From Escherichia coli (GTDB lineage: Bacteria > Pseudomonadota > Gammaproteobacteria > Enterobacterales > Enterobacteriaceae), in assembly GCF_030013595.1 (NCBI RefSeq), contig NZ_CP122768.1: a stretch of 64,000 nucleotides of DNA, one strand, 5' to 3'. The notes beneath the pieces were generated by a model. The model made no database searches. It was not told the origin of the DNA and saw only the letters and a program-made list of their open reading frames with translations. Below are positions 62,868-64,000 of the stretch, in pieces. A program made the translations under genes and the position numbers. Position 1 is the stretch's first letter; every line of letters begins with the position of its first letter.

Positions 62868-64000
62868 CTATCCCCAATCCAGCCCTTGTGGCGAACTTGA
62901 AAATCCCGCCTCACGCAGCAGCGTAAACATCGGCGTTTGCCGGACCGGTAGATCATTCACTTCTGTTAGCGTAAAGTGCAGCCGTGGTTCGCGACGCAGT
63001 GCGGTAGTCAGCGCGTGGAAAACCTCTGGGGCGAGTAATTCCTCTTTTTCCTGCCAGACCAGCATTTTTTTGCCACCTTGCGCCAGATAGAGTAACAATT
63101 TTCCGCCAGAAACGACCACCAGCGCACCCGCCCGACGCGTTGGAATCAGCGTTGCCGGATGTGCAGGCCAGGGCAGAAGATTTCCCCACACATTAGCCGG
63201 ATCGTTGGCAGAGAGCGCCACTGGTGTATAGTGGCGCGTTTGCGTGGCTTGTGTCGCCAGATCGCGCAATCGGTCAATAGTCAGACGTTCAGCGAATTGC
63301 GCGCCACCCAGACCTTCTACAAAACGACCTCGCATAATTCGCCCGGAGTCTTCCATACTTCGACAAAGCGTTTGCATCGATGGAAAACCGCCAGGGATAT
63401 TTTCGGCTATCACCGCCTGACGACTGATGATGCCGTAGCGGTCGAGCATATTTTCCGCCAGCGCCAGCATCCTTTCGGTATCGTTTAGTGGCTCCACCTG
63501 CAATAACGACCAGCGTCCGGCCAGCTTTGGTGTGTTGTAAGATACCCGCGGCGAGACGGGGTGTGCATAGACAGGACGCCCACGACGAGCCCGGTGACTG
63601 CGGCGAGTTGAGGTGCGCGCGTTGGAACTGCTGCGGGTGAGGGCGCGTAACGGTGCCCAAATATCGCTGGTGATGACGCCTTGCCAGACCAGCGCCCATA
63701 ACGCCTCTTGCAGTGCCGAGGGATCAACCGATTCGCCGATTTTATCGCGTATCCGTTGGCTGATTTGTTGTGCAAACCAGGCTCCTCCGTCAGCCAGAAC
63801 CGTGACTATCGCTTGCTGCAGTGCCGAACGATTCGCCTGATTCGCTTCGGCGGGAGTGAACGATTCTGCAGCATATTCCTGTAGATGCAGTGCCACCAGG
63901 CCGTCATCTTCACCCAGTTTTTTTGCCCCGACCAGATAACCGCACCGGTTGCCAGTAATTCATCGAGCATTTCTGGCGAATAGTCGCGTACGCGGGCAGG
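62868..64000 (-). CDS. lhr: Lhr large helicase-related protein, C-terminal region (partial), with an apparent frame change at a T7 run
   Basis: Minus-strand ORF 62868-63896 recognised as Lhr C-terminus; in-frame stop at 63960-63962 while another frame stays open to the window edge; frames meet at ttttttt 63918-63924. Confidence 0.75.

Overview
This window reads as ordinary Escherichia coli K-12-type core chromosome, the pheT-ihfA-btuCED ... suf ... lpp-pykF ... purR-sodB-grxD-lhr region, reverse-complemented relative to the usual reference orientation. Gene identities come from reading the supplied translations and recognising the proteins; no database search or alignment was run, and gene order and size match what I recall of K-12 with no inserted block. 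I found no prophage, IS element, integron, CRISPR array or other foreign island, so I do not think the window contains a new inserted system. Two tRNA-Val(GAC) genes and the sRNA RprA are identifiable directly; a second sRNA (RydB) is only a tentative call. The two points most worth checking are reading-frame breaks inside otherwise intact genes, both at homopolymer runs: a G7 run in ydhV and a T7 run in lhr. These are either real strain-specific pseudogenes or homopolymer sequencing errors. The least understood biology here is the FNR-type ydhYVWXUT oxidoreductase operon (including the 9-residue-repeat protein YdhT), the autotransporter-passenger-like YdhQ next to the tRNA pair, and the ydiQRST-fadK / ydiFO / ydiP cluster. 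Regulatory sites listed are motif matches by eye, not verified binding sites.
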